From NCBI GenBank assembly GCA_036172245.1, contig JAYWIR010000005.1, positions 2,356,001 through 2,420,000 on the forward strand: DNA of 64,000 nucleotides, in the 5' to 3' direction. This document shows, in pieces, positions 61,307 to 64,000 of the stretch. The DNA is from Raillietiella orientalis. Taxonomy: Eukaryota. Under the pieces are notes generated by a model that was given only the letters and a program-made list of their open reading frames with translations, did not search any database and was not told where the DNA came from. The stretch's first letter is position 1. Each line of letters opens with the position of its first letter. The translations under genes were made by a program, and so were the position numbers.

Positions 61307-64000
61307 ATGCGGGGAATCGCGTCTTCTCGTTGTCTGTCCGTAACGTGTTGGAACGTGAACGGACTACAGAACGACGAGAAGAGGCGATTAGTAGCCAACG
61401 CCCTGCGCCCCTTCGACCTCGCGCTCCTGCAGGAGATTCACGTAATCTCCGACGAGCAGGCGGCCGAAATCGAGGAGCACGCAGGCGGAACGCTACATTG
61501 GCGGTGCGGCGGCGCACACACGTGCGGCGTCGCGTTCCTCATAAGAGGAAAAATGGCGGAAGCGGTGCGTGGTGTTCGTTTCGATGACGACGGACGGATA
61601 GGCCAGCTTGTCATCAAGTGGTCCGAGTCCATCGATCTCGTCGTTACGAACGTCTACGCGCCGAGTGGCTCTCGCTACCTCGAAGAAAGAGTAGCTTTCT
61701 TTGGTGAGGTGCAGAGCCACTGGCTCAACAACTCCGGCTTCAAAGTGGCGCACCTCGTCGCTTGGGACTTCAACGTCCGCCTGCTCTCCGACGATTGGAG
61801 CCGCCCGAGGGAGCGCGCGCTGCCCATCGAGATGTGCGCGTCCGTGCACGCCGCCAACTTGATGGTCAGCGAACCTGGAATGGAAAGATCGCTCGATCAC
61901 GTTTTCCTCGATAAAAACCTGCATTCGCGTGTGGGTAGGAGAGGAAGATTGTTGACTAGGCTTTCTGACCACCACAGGTTGGAGTTTGAGATCCTTCCGC
62001 CAGGCAGGGGGCCTCCGTTGCAAAACTGGAGGATGCAGGCGGATTGGCTTAGCCAACCGGAGGCTGCGGAGCATCTACGTGGATACCTCCGAGGCTTTGC
62101 CATTCAGGAACTTGCGGACTGGGACGATGTCAAAAGATCTGTCCGCGAGTTCTGCTGCCAATTCCCCTTGCACCGGCTTCCATGCGGTTTCGGAGAGGGC
62201 GTGGCCAACAGTAGAGACTTTCTGCAGGCCCGCACGTTTTCGAGACTCGCGGATGTCGGGCGTCTCGCAGAGTACAAGGCGAGGGCCGAGCGCCAGGTCT
62301 GGCAGTCCGGAGCAGCATGCCTGTTGGACGACAAGGGCCAGGAATGTTCGGCCCCAGCCGAAGTACGCCGCATTGTGAGACGCTACTACTCCTCGCTCTA
62401 CGCGGAATCCCCGACGGAGGATATTCTTTCTGAGATACTCCTATCTCAGGATGCTCGTGTTGTCGGCGAGGAGGAACGAGAACGTCTCGACGAGCCCTTC
62501 ACGGCGGATGAATTTTCATCCGCCATCGCTGGGCTGAAGAGACGAAAGGCGCCAGGCGAGGATGGGCTCCCTGCAGAGTTTTATCAGTGCTTTGCAGTGG
62601 AGCTCATTCCCTTGATGCTGAAACTCGCGACGCTGATGAGTGAATCCGGGAATGTCCCAGATTCCTTCCGCTCAGCGAAGGTGCGTCTCCTGCCGAAAGG
62701 CGAAGACTCGCGCCAACTTAACAACTGGCGTCCGATCACCTTGGTGAACTCGGACGTCAACTTGTTTTCCAAGCTGTGGGTCGCGCGGTTAGGAAGTATC
62801 GCGGAATCTGTGGTGAGCCCGGAACAAACCTACGCGGTTCCGGGACGATCCATGGAGGCGAACATCCTTTTCGCGCGTACATGGATGCAGCTGCAGGAAG
62901 TTGTGGCGCAGCAAAGCCAGGCTGCTGCGAAAGTCACTGCCGCAGGCAAAAAGAACAGGCGCCGACGGCAGGAGGGAACGCCAGGTGCCTTGGCGGTCGC
63001 GGTCGATCTTCACAAGGCGTTCGACTGCGTAAACCAGAAGCTCCTCTTGGAGCTTATGGAACGCCTTGGGTTCCCGGCGCAACTCCTGCTGTATTTGCGC
63101 GCGTGCTGGCGCCACGCGCTAACCTGCATCACTTTTAGCGGCTGCCGCGTGTATGGTATTCCCGTTCGTAGGGGCATCCGACAGGGCGACAGCTTAAGCC
63201 CGTTGCTCTTCAGCATCTTCTTTAAGTTGGTGCTAAGAGCATACAGGCTGACGCTGTCTCACTTGCCAAGCTCCTGCCCGGGAACGCCTGCCGTGGCCGC
63301 CTACGCTGATGACCTGCTTCTTCTGCTCCCCATGTCCACCCCGGCGTACAGTGTCGAGGATTTCTTCGACCTGATTCGTCGGGGAGCGGGCGTGAGCGTG
63401 AACAGAGAGAAGAGCGTGGTCGTTCCTGTGGGTACGTCGTGGGAGGGGCAGTCCGACTGGATCCGCCTGGGGATCCCCACGGGCGGGTACTTTAAGTACC
63501 TTGGCGTTCCGTGGGGCGCTTTCGGCGCAGCCGAAGCGTGGGCGGACTGTCTTCAGAAAGCAGAGTTGGCCATCAGCCCGTTCTTTAACGGCAAGTTTAC
63601 CTTGCAGGAACGGGCGACTATTTGGAACACCTTTGTGGCCCCCCTCCTCCGTCCCCTGTTTTTTGTTTTGGACCCCCCCTATGCGGCGAAACAGCGGGCT
63701 AAGCGCCTGCTCAGGAACGCTCTCTGGGGTCTGGCGAGATCCAGGATCCGCCTTAAAGATTTGTCAGCTCCGCGTCGGGATGCTGGTTTGGGTATCCTGA
63801 CAATGGAGCGAATCGGACTGCAGGTGCAGTTCCGACTGCTGGCACTGTGTGCCCAGCTATGGACATCCCCCCTGTGTGTGCCAGCTCGCATTCTCCTGCG
63901 AAGATGCGCCGGCAGCGGAGGATTTCTCTCGCTTTTGCCGGGCACTCAATACAGAAAGCGGGGTTTCGGGTTTCCATTGCGGCAGTTGACCGCACTTCTA
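61307..64000 (+). CDS. ORF2 APE-RT, apparently uninterrupted for 898 codons to the window edge (not in the ORF track because it has no stop)
   Basis: Starts MRGIASSRCLSVTCWNVNG. AYADD at 63299-63313 and the last codons are in the same frame, and the track lists no terminated ORF in this frame. GDFN reads WDFN. Confidence 0.85.
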   Translation, partial: MRGIASSRCLSVTCWNVNGLQNDEKRRLVANALRPFDLALLQEIHVISDEQAAEIEEHAGGTLHWRCGGAHTCGVAFLIRGKMAEAVRGVRFDDDGRIGQLVIKWSESIDLVVTNVYAPSGSRYLEERVAFFGEVQSHWLNNSGFKVAHLVAWDFNVRLLSDDWSRPRERALPIEMCASVHAANLMVSEPGMERSLDHVFLDKNLHSRVGRRGRLLTRLSDHHRLEFEILPPGRGPPLQNWRMQADWLSQPEAAEHLRGYLRGFAIQELADWDDVKRSVREFCCQFPLHRLPCGFGEGVANSRDFLQARTFSRLADVGRLAEYKARAERQVWQSGAACLLDDKGQECSAPAEVRRIVRRYYSSLYAESPTEDILSEILLSQDARVVGEEERERLDEPFTADEFSSAIAGLKRRKAPGEDGLPAEFYQCFAVELIPLMLKLATLMSESGNVPDSFRSAKVRLLPKGEDSRQLNNWRPITLVNSDVNLFSKLWVARLGSIAESVVSPEQTYAVPGRSMEANILFARTWMQLQEVVAQQSQAAAKVTAAGKKNRRRRQEGTPGALAVAVDLHKAFDCVNQKLLLELMERLGFPAQLLLYLRACWRHALTCITFSGCRVYGIPVRRGIRQGDSLSPLLFSIFFKLVLRAYRLTLSHLPSSCPGTPAVAAYADDLLLLLPMSTPAYSVEDFFDLIRRGAGVSVNREKSVVVPVGTSWEGQSDWIRLGIPTGGYFKYLGVPWGAFGAAEAWADCLQKAELAISPFFNGKFTLQERATIWNTFVAPLLRPLFFVLDPPYAAKQRAKRLLRNALWGLARSRIRLKDLSAPRRDAGLGILTMERIGLQVQFRLLALCAQLWTSPLCVPARILLRRCAGSGGFLSLLPGTQYRKRGFGFPLRQLTALL

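Larger units (their letters stand above)
59307..64000 (+). mobile_element. Subfamily E element from its 5' end, running off the right edge
   Basis: 5' motif GAGTGCGGACGTGTTTTTC. ORF1 in three pieces (59362..59646, 59662..60387, 60381..61307). ORF2 from 61307. Confidence 0.94.

Noticed and set aside
1..64000. Assigning a host organism, or RIP/methylation-driven decay
   Set aside because: No host genes are present. CpG is abundant and I see no obvious dinucleotide-biased mutation pattern by eye, so neither claim can be supported.

Overview
The whole 64-kb window is a gene-free, GC-rich, almost certainly eukaryotic pile-up of about 24 nested, mostly decayed non-LTR retrotransposons of the L1/Tx1 type. 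ORF1 is gag-like with CCHC zinc knuckles; ORF2 is APE endonuclease + reverse transcriptase (YADD) + C-terminal CCHC finger. At least five related subfamilies (my labels A-E) and one divergent family are present. I see no host genes, RNA genes or CRISPR arrays, and most ORFs in the track are antisense or off-frame shadows. The nesting is not random. (1) Elements have no poly(A) tail and end in AATAAA-CGCCCCGG-loop-CCGGGT-nnnA(A/T)C. (2) They start with a conserved GCGGACGTG(T/C)TTT motif. (3) They insert mostly antisense into other copies, with ~12-bp target-site duplications. (4) They reuse two hot spots in a subfamily-specific way: subfamily A hits the RT 'DL|xKAF|D' codons, and subfamily B hits the 'xGFG' codons after the APE domain. 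(5) ORF1 and ORF2 are coupled by a TAATG/TGATG overlap, except in subfamily B, which has TAACA and no AUG. (6) The APE domain appears to lack the beta-hairpin that normally sets target specificity. Together this looks like a self-targeting retrotransposon system building a cluster that may be centromeric or heterochromatic. Boundaries were read by eye and are accurate to a few bases; subfamily labels are by-eye groupings, not a phylogeny.
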